A DNA stretch of 64,000 bases, from assembly GCF_022045235.1 (NCBI RefSeq), contig NW_027266319.1:27590001-27654000 (forward strand), given 5' to 3'. Below are positions 39,019 to 50,435 of this stretch, piece by piece. Source of the stretch: Haliotis cracherodii (Eukaryota). The position numbers were made by a program, and so were the translations under genes. Under the pieces are notes generated by a model. The model was not told the origin of the DNA. It was given only the letters and a program-made list of their open reading frames with translations, and made no database searches. How positions within the stretch are numbered: the stretch's first letter is position 1; each line of letters begins with the position of its first letter.

Positions 39019-39289
39019 CTTATGACTATGGAAAAGGTTTTGTCTGTTCTGTTTTATTACTTTGCCTGTGGAATGTGATGTTGATGCATCTGGTATACAA
39101 CTTCCAATCAGAATGTGATTCCTTCTAATTGAATGAATCTTTAATTCCCAGACATTCAGAAATAATGTATGTGATTAACAGCTCACACTATTCCTTTTAC
39201 ACGACTATGCCATCTTCCTGGACAGCGGGTCGGTGGAAATCTGAAACTATTACTGATGATGGAATATAGAGCTGATAGTAAAGGATTGA

Positions 39290-41130
39290 AGTCTGACAAA
39301 GCACCCGATATAGATGCTGTTCCTCATGATTTTTATGAAAATACCATGGACATGTAACCGTATTTAACCATATATTTGATCTTGGTGAATTTCCAGAAGA
39401 TGTTGATCCCGCTGTAAAACGAGGTGATGTTGAAAACGTCAACAATTATATTGTACTTTTACTATTAAATAATTTTGGTAAAATTTTCACATCAATTCTG
39501 GAACTTAGACAAAGAACTTTAGTTGAAGTCAACGATACGGTGGCTTAGGAAATAATTACTCTACAACTGATCAAAGTTTCGTTCTCTTTGTTAGAAATCT
39601 CTTAGAAAACCAAACCATATGTTCTAACATTGTATTATTGATTATAAAATAAACGTTGCATCATATGACAGAAATAAGTTATAACTGAGAAGAAAAGGAA
39701 ACTATACCTCACAGTTGATTTGATCATATGTTTGATTTTCATTTTAAAATATCTTAAGTTAGCGAAACATATAGTCAGCACTCAAAGAATATTTCTACAT
39801 GGTTTCATTTATTAAAATAAATTTTCTAAAAAAAAACTTTTTAAAATAGCAAAAATTTGCATTATACACAATGGCTAATATGTACCTTACCCGTTATATC
39901 TGTGACAATTCATAAATTTGCTGCTTGGGGAACAAATTTACAACATTTCAGACAGGGTGGGGTTCATGTGGTTGCAAATTAATAATTATTTCTTACCCCA
40001 GACTTCATTGAACCAGTTAATGTTTACACAAAATTACCCTGCCACAGATTACAATGTACAAACTGTTGCTGGGTGATGGTTAATCGTCTGCAACAATTCT
40101 TTCAATTTTCTATTACATAAAAAACAAAAGAGGTTACATCTTTACGCCTCAGTTTACGTCCTAGTCGACAGGGGCATTCATGGGATAATGTTTATTATAC
40201 TTTAGAATATGTATGAAATTAACAAAACCTGTGCGAGGGTGGGACATGTGAAAACATAAATTTAAAAAACCAACACAGGTGTTATACAAGGTTGCATGTT
40301 TAGTCCAGTTCATTATATTTTTTTGTTATGAAGGGACATGGATTAAGGGGTAATTTTGTAAAAAAAACCAACAACATTTATTTATTTTTGTTGATGATGT
40401 AACTCTTGTTGATGATAGTATAACTGGACGACATAATAAAATAGATGTTTCAGAATCGTATTGCCAACCATTGGGACTAGAGGTTTAATTTCGACCAAAA
40501 TAGTAGTTTTAGAAATAGTGGTTACTTAAAAATTATGTAGCAACGGTTTAATAAAGGTTCTCAAGTTAAAGTAGCACCATGCTCTAAATATCTTGGCATA
40601 TTATTTTCTTGAAGACCTGTCTGGACTAAACCTTGTGATACTCTATCTCTTCAAGCAAGGAAAGCATCTATCCCAGCCTTCATCAGGTTGAAACATACTC
40701 TCTACCAATATAACTGCTGCTAAAATATTTGAAGCAATGCTGCTCCTGTTATTTTTGCTATGTTTCAGAAATCTGGGTATACAACTAGAGAAGAAATATT
40801 GAAAAGGTTCACCTCAAGTCCTTTAAAAGGTATATTTCTGTTGCAAAAAGAAGCTCCACAAATGCTATTTGGGTGAACTTGGAAGAACTCCCTTATGTGT
40901 AAATTATTATAGTCGTTCTGTTACATATCGGTGTAGATTCAGTGAAAATAGATATCCTGGAAGCTTTTGACGACAATGGTAAAACAAATAAGATTACCAT
41001 TATTTCAACTGGGTTTTCATGTGTATACATTTCTCAAAACTGTGGCGATTTAAATTGTATCAATGCTTTTTTTTAACAACGATAAAACGATTTCAAAACT
41101 GTCATTAATTGTTACAAATTCGTCTCTTGC
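39290..41130 (+). mobile_element. Heavily decayed LINE ORF2 (RT) remnant, interrupted by a dispersed repeat at ~39700-40130
   Basis: Fragments FNHIFDLGEFPE, LLNNFGKIFTSIL, TGVIQGCMFSP, FFVDDVTLV and KYLGI in RT order, with many stops and frameshifts. Confidence 0.75.
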
Positions 41131-41522
41131 ATGTATATTCGTCTCATAAAACGCCACTCGTACCATAGAGACCTGTCTATTTAGCCCCGGAAAGAGATCT
41201 CCGAACAACTTCATGTTGATTTGTCCATTTAAGAAACAAAGAGAGAAAGCAGAGAAATTATATGAATGAATCACTGTCAATCAGTGTTGACACCAGGTGT
41301 TCATTGAAAGGGTAAGCATGGCCTGTCCTACCAGTAGCGCCCGTCATGTCTTTGTACTCATGGGTGCTGTTAACCGTTAGAATCCAGTGGTGGTATAACT
41401 GTTGCTACTGGTAGGGCAGGACATGCTTACCATTTCCGCGGACACCTGGTGTCATCACCTATTTTCAGTGATCCATTCATATAGTTTTTACCGCTATTTT
41501 TCCTTTTACACTCAATGGAATC

Positions 41523-41830
41523 GACCGCCTCCGTGGTCTAGTGGTAGAGCGTCCGCCCGGAGAGCGGAAGGTCCGGGGTTCGATCCCCGACTGCGTCATA
41601 CCAAAAGACGTTAAAAGATTGTACTTATTGTTACCCTGTCTGGCGCTCGGCATTAAGGGGCTAAAGCAAGGACTGGTCGGCTCGGAGTCAGTATACTGTG
41701 TCTGAGTTATGCTAGCTGCATAAATCGGCATCAGTCCGGACTAGTACAAGCAGCCACACATACACGTCGCTATATAAGTGCAATAATCTTGGACGCGACG
41801 TTAAACCCAATTTCACCTCACCTCACCTCA
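41523..41830 (+). mobile_element. tRNA-derived SINE family D, full length
   Basis: A box TGGTCTAGTGG, B box GGTTCGATCCC, central GTCATACCAAAAGACGTTAAAAGAT.GTACT...GGCGCTCGGCATTAAGGG, (CACCT)n tail, TSD CTCAAT.GAATC. Confidence 0.92.
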
Positions 41831-41954
41831 ATAGAATCTGTTTCGTCGGCTAATCGAGACTGGTTATTCTCTGGTGTTGACGTTGTATATTTATACACCT
41901 GAGTGCCAGGTGGAATGCCAAATTATGAACAACTTGGTTTATGGACGTGCAGGT

Positions 41955-41960
41955 TTTATT
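41955..41960 (-). terminator. Polyadenylation signal AATAAA of tropomyosin copy 3
   Basis: Positional homolog of 29486-29491. Confidence 0.65.
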
Positions 41961-42351
41961 CACAAATGAACAAACGCATGTCTATTGACACACTGAATAA
42001 ATAATAAATAGTTGTAATGAGTTGATACAATTTTGGCTATTTACAACATTCAGCAGTGGATGGGTACATTTAAAATCAAAGAAAGCTTTATATTGTTCAT
42101 GTGAGATTCAAAGTTTCAAGTATAAACTTGAGTGTTCAACCAGGCCTCCAGTGGTATCCATTGTATCCGAGCAAGTAATCACTGGCATCACTGACTCATG
42201 AGATGACAATTACAAGCATCACACAAAGTAGACAAAAAGTGTTAACCTTTTGAGCACAGGGTCTTATAGATCAATGTCACAGCATTAGAAAATATCCACT
42301 GGAGATTTGAAGAACACTGGCATGTTTCCTGTCTGTAGTACACATTCACAG

Positions 42352-43206
42352 TTAGTATCCGGCGAGCTCGGCAAATGTCTGGTCCAACTCGTCATGGATG
42401 GCCTTGTTCTTCTCCTTCTCTGTAAGTAGCTCATCGTCCAGGCGGTCGATGTCCTTCTGGTGTTTGGACACTGTCATCTCGGCCTCCGCTGCGCGGTGCT
42501 CCGACTCCTTGAGCCTTTGAGTCAAGTCTGCGATGGTCTCCTCAAACGTCCCTTCTCTCTGGCAAGCCTCCTGCTCGCTGATCTGAAGGGACTTCATGTT
42601 GTTTCCAACGACCTTCAATTCTTCATCCAGTTCAATGGTTTTGGTTTCAGCAGCCTCAAAACGGGTGACAGCTCGCTCCAAATCGGAATCTGTCAGGGCT
42701 AACTTACGGGCAGTTTCGTCGTACTTACTTTCAGCTTCCTCGGCGATATGTTGAGCATCCTTCAGTTGATTTTCTAGCTGATCAATGCGCTCATCGTCAG
42801 CAATGTTCTTGTTTTCCAGAACTTTGCGTGACCTCTCCGTCTCATCCTGAGCCTTGGATGCCTCATCCAGCTTGATAGTGGCTGTCTGCAGTTTCTCCTC
42901 GCACCTCTCCAGATCTTCCTCCAATGTGGTAGCCCTGGAGGACGTACTACTGACCTCTTGTTCCATCTCGGTGACTTTCTTGGTCGACGTCTCCAACTTG
43001 GCATTGACCTCCTGGTGCTGCTCGTTAACGTTGTCAAATTCTACCTCGAGGTTGGAAAATTTCTTCTGGAGAGCATGGAGGTCCTCCTCAACCTTAGCCT
43101 TCTGTTCCTCGATGTCTCTAAGTTGCTGTTCCAACATCTCGGCATTTTCAAGCGCGCTGTCCTTGTCGGACTTCATGGAGAGCATCTGCTTCTTGATGGC
43201 GTCCAT
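42352..43206 (-). CDS. Tropomyosin, intronless copy 3 (284 aa, ~91% aa identical to copy 1)
   Basis: Intact ORF with 25 aa differences from copy 1 by manual alignment. Confidence 0.96.
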   Translation of the reverse strand: MDAIKKQMLSMKSDKDSALENAEMLEQQLRDIEEQKAKVEEDLHALQKKFSNLEVEFDNVNEQHQEVNAKLETSTKKVTEMEQEVSSTSSRATTLEEDLERCEEKLQTATIKLDEASKAQDETERSRKVLENKNIADDERIDQLENQLKDAQHIAEEAESKYDETARKLALTDSDLERAVTRFEAAETKTIELDEELKVVGNNMKSLQISEQEACQREGTFEETIADLTQRLKESEHRAAEAEMTVSKHQKDIDRLDDELLTEKEKNKAIHDELDQTFAELAGY

Positions 43207-43347
43207 GGCTAGTTTGAAGGTGTTGTGGCGTAAAATGAAACGGAGAGTAGTTTAGATTACAAAGTTGTAGAGATAATCTTAACAACCGAGCGACGTATTG
43301 CTTATTCAGGTCAGAACTGAGAGCGGACTGTTGGTTGTTGACGGCGG

Positions 43348-43540
43348 AAAGTGAATATGGCCTCTCGTTTATATCGGTCTGTTTTATACTACAGACTGAA
43401 CCGCATGTGGTATTACAGACAGAGATGGTCAGCGCCATCTTTGAAACGACCCCCTGCCACTGCGCCAGTGTACCTCTCCCTGTACCGGCGGGGGGTGCAT
43501 CTGTTAGACCATGTGCTCTACCCGAGTACATCGTCTTCTT
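43348..43540 (-). promoter_or_regulatory. Putative promoter of tropomyosin copy 3 (TATAAAA 43382-43388)
   Basis: Conserved with 35345-35540. Confidence 0.55.
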
Positions 43541-44393
43541 ATATCATTACATGGATATTTCTTACGGAGAAAGTATACATCAAACGTTGCACCATTAATG
43601 GAGAATATCACAGCGCTATTAAGTAATTATCATCTCCACCTGTGTACATACGAGGATTGGGTAGCACCCATGCGACATCTGGATTACGGAGCGGCTGTTG
43701 GGTCCCCGGGGCGGGTTGGGTCCCCGTGGTTCACACTGAAACGGGAGATGTCTGTAATAGTATATGTTTTCTTTTTCATATATTCAGTAGGTTTCTGTTT
43801 TCGTAGGTTTTGTGCATGTTGTATGTGAAGGTGTATCTTTGTTGTTTGTTGTTTAACGCCGCACTCAGAAATATTCAAGCTATATGACGGCGGTTTATAA
43901 ATAATCGAGTCTGGACCAGACATCCCAGTGAGTGTGATCACGAGCATCGATCTACGCAATTGGAGTTGGTGTATGTGGTGTACCACTTCCATGCTTCTAA
44001 TCCAGTAAATCTTCTTTAATTCCCACTCATTCAGAAAAATACATTTGATTCACAACTGAGAATATTCCTTTTACACGACTATATATCTTTAAGACTGCCC
44101 CCTTGGTCTGGGGGATAGAGCCTCTGACGTCTGGCCGGATAAAGGAAGGTCACTGGAGACTTTTAACCCCAGTTCACCTCACCTCACCTATACGTTCAGA
44201 AAAGAAAAGCACTTCAAAGTCGAAAACAAACAAAATATACAAGCAAACTCGAAAAGTAAAAACTGACATCTGTTTTATAGAACAAAAAACATATATTTAA
44301 CTTAAATTTATTCTATTTATACTATGTTATACACCACAGTATAATCATTTCAGCATGAAAAACCCAGTTTTTTTCTTTGCCGTAGATTTAGAA

Positions 44394-44558
44394 AGTGAGT
44401 GAGTATGGTTTCACGCCGCTTTTAGCAACATCCCGGCAATATCACGGCGGGGGACACCAGAAATGGGCTTCACACATTGTACCAATGTCGGGAATCAAAC
44501 CCCTGTCTTCGTCATGACGAGAGCGAACGCTTTAACCACTAGGCTACCCGACCGACCC
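44394..44558 (-). mobile_element. tRNA-derived SINE family B
   Basis: Family match; TSD AGATTTAGA. Confidence 0.9.
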
Positions 44559-45040
44559 AGATTTAGACAGAATCAACTGTTTTAAACGTTACATAAACAT
44601 GTTAAGTTTATTTATTTTTATTTTTCATTGACATGGCCAATCCTTTAATGAATCATTTACAAAACATATATTTTAGAACAAATGCATAATTTTGACATAA
44701 CTTTACAAGGTAGTTCTATCTTAGTAGTAAGGAAAAGAAATAACTTCGAGGAAATTGAAACAAAATGCATTTCTTAATTAAATGAAATTCCTTTTCTTTT
44801 ATCGCGTGTTGACGTCATATAAAGTGCTGGGTAGAAGAAAGTACACACCCCTGTTTGATGGTGGCTAAAAATAAAACAAACAAGACATTGTTAATCGAGG
44901 TTGATGAATTTGATACGGGTATCATAGTTGTGTTTATGGACCTTCCGTTTGCAGTGTTTCGGGCTACTGTTTTCAGCCTAGTAACTTCTTTCAGTGGCAT
45001 TTAGAACTTGGTGTGAAGTGAATATCACAAGAAGGATTTA

Positions 45041-45560
45041 TAAGCCCATTAACAGGAATGTAGTCATAAGATCGATACGGATAGTTTCCAAGTTTGAAGG
45101 TCACATAATTATGAAAGTACGCTTGATTTATATTTTGGTATGCAATGTTTGTAATTAGTTGTAAACAAACATTATGGTGTTGTGATACTCTGTGTGGGAT
45201 AACTTAATCATGTGAAATTGAAATCAAACCTGAGATTCATAAGCTCATTCACGGGAATGTAGTCATAAGATCGATACGGATAGTTTCCAAGTTTGAAAGT
45301 CTTTTTCACGCATAATTATGAAAGTACACTTGATATATATTTTGGTATGCAATGTTTGTAATTAGTTGTAAACAAACATTATGGTGTTGTAAACCTCTGT
45401 TATACATGGCTTATGTAATACTCTGTGTAGGATAACTTAATCATGAAATCGTGAAATTGATATCAAAACTGAGATTCATAAGCTCATTCACAGGAATGTA
45501 GACATAAGATCGATACGGACTGTTTCTAAATTTCTTTTTCACGCACAATTAAGAAAGCGC
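45041..45560. repeat. Imperfect tandem repeat, ~200-240-bp unit x ~2.3
   Basis: TAAGC.CATT.AC.GGAATGTAG.CATAAGATCGATACGGA at 45041, 45240 and 45479. Confidence 0.9.
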
Positions 45561-45943
45561 ACCAATATCATTAAAATCAGACCTTAGTTCTCGCTCCCGC
45601 TAAACAAAGCTTTGTTTAGCGGGACTAAGAGAACTAAGATCAGATTTGAATGAGCTTGGAAAGCGCTCTTGGTTGAAATTCTGGCATAGACGTTTTGCTT
45701 TTGTTACAAATATTTCTTCTATATTCGAGTATTACTAAGACTCGTAGAAGAATGCTGGTGGTGGTTAGATTAATAAATATAATGTTTACACCATTTTGTA
45801 GTGCTACAGCATATAGGAATGCATGAATTATAGAAAAAAAATTCAAGATGATGAAACGACAGTGTATAAAGAAATAGGTTGAACGTATACCGGGTTAAAC
45901 AATGTTCGTGTTCATATGTTCGAAAACGATCTCTATGACATAA

Positions 45944-46224
45944 GGGGGCACGGGTGGCCCAGTCGTCTAAGGCGCCGCGATTCGCTGTGCAGAGTCGCGT
46001 CCCTTAGGCACGCCTGAAACCTATGAGTGTGGGTTCGAATCCCGGTTCGCCCCGATTATGTTTCTAGGTTTGTCAGCACCATACCCGTGCTCCTGGGTTT
46101 CACCGAAGTGGTAAACGTCTGAGACCTGCATCACTTCGGCCTTTCCTCCCACATTAAGCTGACACGCCGTGATATGACTGGAATACTGTTAAAAGCGGCG
46201 TTAAACCAGACTCACTCACTCACT
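45944..46224 (+). mobile_element. tRNA-derived SINE family A, full length
   Basis: A box TGGCCCAGTCG, B box GGTTCGAATCC, V-domain-like CTTTCCTCCCACA, (ACTC)n tail, TSD CT.TATGACAT. Confidence 0.92.
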
Positions 46225-46879
46225 GTATGACATGATTGCACCACGGCGGTATATTTGTTCCTCTTTGTCGCCGTGAAAATAACTGAAATACTTCCCAAAG
46301 AGACTTTAAAACCATACAAGATTCCATAGCGCATAAAAGGCAAACTAGCGATGAAAATAATTCGAATGGATCACTGAAAATCAGTGATGACGCCAGGTGT
46401 TCGCGAAAGGGATAGCATGTTGTGCACTCCCAGTCGAACCCACCACTCACACAATTTCCATAAAATAGGGAGTGTTTGTTTGTTGTCAGACAACGGACAG
46501 CAACACTCAAGCCATACTGTTGTGGCATATACAATCGAGTCTTACCAGACAATCACGTGATAGATCAGACTGTCCTACACACGATAGCGCATTTACTGAT
46601 TTTGTTGAAACTAAAACGATTATGTTAATTTTGAATAACGTCTGCTCCAAACACACCTGCAAATTTACAGTAATGCTTTATGATATGTTAGGATAATTTT
46701 TATTTGAGAAATCTTTTACATATGCAATGCGAAAATAAAAATATTTGTATTGATATTTTGTTGTTGTTGTTGTTTTTATGTATTTGTATGTTGTTAGTCT
46801 AGTCCACTTGGGAATAAGGGGAACAGGTAGGGGATTATCTGCCCACTGGACCATGAACTTTGTTGTTTTCAACTATTAC

Positions 46880-47090
46880 TGTTGTTTGTTTAAAGCCGCA
46901 CTCAGCAATATTCCAGCTGTATGACGGCGGTCTGTAAATAATCGAGTCTGCACCAGACAATCCAGTGATTGACATCAACAGCATCGATCTACGGACTTGT
47001 GATACGACGACATGCATCAACCATGTCGGCGAGCCTGGCCACCCGATTTCGTTAGTCGCCTCTTACAAGCATAGTCGCCTTTTACGGCAA
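46880..47090 (-). mobile_element. SINE-like repeat family C
   Basis: Reverse complement of the family core and tail. Confidence 0.87.
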
Positions 47091-47440
47091 GTTTAAAACT
47101 GTACAGTGGTGATTTTGGGAGGATGTCGTTTTTTTCCGGCTTGTTTGTAGTATGGTCATAGTCATTGTGATTGTGTATTCGCGATGTGATGCTGATTGTT
47201 GACAGACTGTAATTATGGCACAACGGGGTATCTTTTCAATACATTAGTCAGGACTCAGGAGTGCACCGAGAGTTATTGCTTTATCTTATGTAATAAGCTA
47301 TGGCGGTTTGCCCTACACGTGCCGAATGCTACCGTGTGTATCAAGTTACGACATTTCTCGCGCACTTGCCATGTCTGAGATCACAGGGCATATGTGCTGC
47401 ATTTCGTGTATAGAGTGAAATAGCAGATCTTCAATAGTTT

Positions 47441-47650
47441 GTTAGAAATACACTGAAATACACAATGCCATTTAGAAAGTGGTCAAACGTAACAAATCTT
47501 ATTTTGGGATAACACTTTCTTAGTGAAGTACAAATTCTCGTACTTTTTAGGGATGAGTCCTTGGACTGATCCCCAAAAAGTACGAGAATCTGTACTTTAC
47601 TGAGAAAGTGTTATCCCAAATATAACATTTGTTACGTTAGAAATACACTG
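47441..47650. repeat. ~153-bp palindrome (47486-47638) bracketed by 15-bp direct repeats
   Basis: Arms pair around a TT loop at 47561-47562. GTTAGAAATACACTG occurs at 47441-47455 and 47636-47650. Confidence 0.9.
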
Positions 47651-48477
47651 GTAACTAAACTGATGAAACCGGTTTGCATTTGAGCAAAATCATACGGCCT
47701 CCTATATTCAAAGAGTTGACCATGGCTACCCACATTGTGTGAATGCATGAAAAATAAACATGATGTCAAGAAACAGGGTTTTATGGAAATCACACTCCTT
47801 AATTCCTTGTTCCCGAAAACTAGTTCCGCAATCCGTTTTAACGGTGGTTTCACTTTTGTAAGAACTCATATTTGTAACTCACTAACGAAAGAGTTCTAAA
47901 TTCGTCTGCAAGCAGGTGCGTTGTCTCACGATGCTGATAAAAGTAAGAATTGTCAAAGTCATGACGTAATTAAAGTTGATAACACCTTGCTACTAAACAT
48001 ATATCGAGACAATTTCAGTGTAAACACCTGTGATCTTGGAGGCCATTTAGAAAGGTTTGTAAACAACCGTGGGAACTTTTCAGACGTGCTTACTTCACTG
48101 GTTTACAAACCGATTTCGAGAGTGTCAAAGTCATACGAAGAAACAGAGACCATTTCTCCAGAAGAAAGTACCTGATTTTGAAGTAAATCTAGCTCACTAG
48201 ATGCTACACAGGGCAGCTGGCCAAGGACTTCTTGAAGGAGATATGTGGAGCTTTGTCATTTTGATTATAACAATGTTATGTAAATGTTTCATTTACAAAA
48301 TTGTGTCGATCTACACTACATTTACAGAAATGTTCTTAAATGTATCTATTTGCATTTGTTATCGAAGCCATTTCATAAAATGTTACCCCCATGTCAGTTC
48401 CGTGTCATAATTCTTTGTTCTGGTCACAAGACACGACTAAATGGATCGGGTGCAATACTCCCTACTTAGATCCAAGT

Positions 48478-48930
48478 CTAACGAGTCTATGCATAGTCCA
48501 ATCATAATCACATAATGATATCAACATCCGGTTCGTAAACTGCCGTGCAGATTTCGGTCGATTGCAGGATTTGCAAAGCATGTGTTCCGTCAACTTAGAG
48601 TCAACCGATATTTTCCCAATCTTTTCATGTTTTTAAAATAATCAAGGTGATCAAGTGATTTGATGCACTTGGCGAAGTAAGATCCATTGTATTACAATAT
48701 AGATCTTGATTGTCGATCAGATCATCTTCACTGGGCGCCGTCGTTTTGTTTGAAGCAAAGCTAGTGATATGAGAGATGGAATCTGATTGGTCAATATGAG
48801 GGACATAGAAGGGACATAACCCGTAATAGCCATTGGTGGCGCTATGATCGTGCCCAGAAATTCCAGCTTAGTTCGTCAAGGGTGGAAACTGGACTTATAC
48901 AGTCAGTTAACTCCATTGTCTCGGGAAGAT
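48478..48930 (-). mobile_element. Second, one-end-truncated copy of the 14164-14671 MITE
   Basis: Colinear reverse complement of ~14165-14582, with only one TIR present. Confidence 0.85.
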
Positions 48931-50007
48931 GCAGTAGAACTGTTTAGTTTCACTCGCGTATTCGGTGACTAGAACTGTATCCTTTCATGAATTGAATTTA
49001 TTTATCGTGGTCACTAGATTCGAGTATTTACAAAACAAAATGAAAAGAGATTTTTTAACTTGAAGTTGTCCCTTATTTATAAAAAGCAAGATATGCAAAA
49101 TGGAATATATACAAGCCATGCAGTAGTACGTTGTTTGGGTCATCTACAACTCCAGTTCAGTCAAACGGCTGATTGTCCATAATGCTCATGACTTATTTGG
49201 ACCCCAAAGGTAGCGTTGTGGCGAGGGATCACTGGTTGTTTTTTTGCAACCATGGTTGTGCAGTCATGTGCATTTACATACCATGTACCTGGACAAAATA
49301 CATAAGAACTTATTATATGCCTACGTAGATTTCTTCAAAGACATCACTCTTATATGTTTAATTTGACAGCAATGTGGTCATTGGATATTGTCGCCCTTGA
49401 ACAGATACTAGTACCTGATACGTGCAGTATATAAATGTATGATATTATAATAATAATTTACACTGTCAACATAGTCAAACCATGTAAAATAATTTATTTT
49501 GTTATTGTTTCACTGAATATAATAAATAATACATCAACTGCTGGCTTGTTATTGTATTTGTATATAAATATTCATAATCGTTACCCTATATTCGGGATAC
49601 GTATCGTATTCGCCTCATAGTGTATTTGTTGCAGCCCTAATTCTCAGTGAGATGTGATGTTCACACCAATGTATATTTTACGAGTGAAGAATAAGGCATT
49701 CCAACAATAAAATCCCATGTCACTGGTTGTCTTTTCACATTCTTTACAGCTGTAACTTTTTCCTACATTTTACTGAGCGCATTCAAAAACAAAACCCTTC
49801 ATACACAGACGGGTAGTTTGATATGGAGAGACAAACAAGATGCAATCTAGTCTGGGATTTCACTTATTAGAAATAATGATATATTACACATTAAAACATG
49901 TTAAGAGAATTGTTATACAACCAAAAATTAAGAATATTTGATCCAGTTCAAAGGGTATCATTCGTGATGTTTTTGTAATCATAATTTTGTGATTGGTATT
50001 TTCACAG

Positions 50008-50106
50008 GTTCACTGAATCCACAATTGATGTCTCACAGTTTAAAACAAACTACATGTACTGGATTATCATGCAGAATTTGGACCCAGACACATTGATATA
50101 GTCATG
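50008..50106 (+). CDS. IMMP2L: IMMP2L 5' exon: mostly UTR, ending in the start ATG (50104-50106)
   Basis: Acceptor ATTTTCACAG and donor ATG|GTAAGT. All three frames are closed before the terminal ATG, which supplies the Met missing from the next phase-0 exon. Confidence 0.65.
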
Positions 50107-50156
50107 GTAAGTATGACCGTTACTTTCTGTTAGTTTGCCCACTTCATTCTCATATC

Positions 50157-50435
50157 AGGGGCACGGGTGGCCAAGTCGTCTAAGGCGCTCCGAATTGCTG
50201 TGCAGAGTTGCATCCCTTGGTCATGCCAGAAACCTATGATTGTGGGTTCGAATCCTGGTTCAACACGATTATGTTTCTAGGTTTGTCAGCACCATACCCG
50301 TGCTCGTGGGTTTCACCGAGAGTGATAACGTCTGAGACCTGCATCACTTCGGGCTTTCCTCCCACATTAAGCTGACACGCCGTGATATAAATGGAATACT
50401 GTTAAAAGCGGCGTTAAACCCAAGTCACTCACTCA
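50157..50435 (+). mobile_element. tRNA-derived SINE family A (intronic)
   Basis: Full match to the family. Confidence 0.9.

Noticed and set aside
47921-48175. 84-aa ORF upstream of IMMP2L
   Set aside because: Non-ATG start and no recognisable homology. It may be promoter or 5' region sequence, but this cannot be supported.
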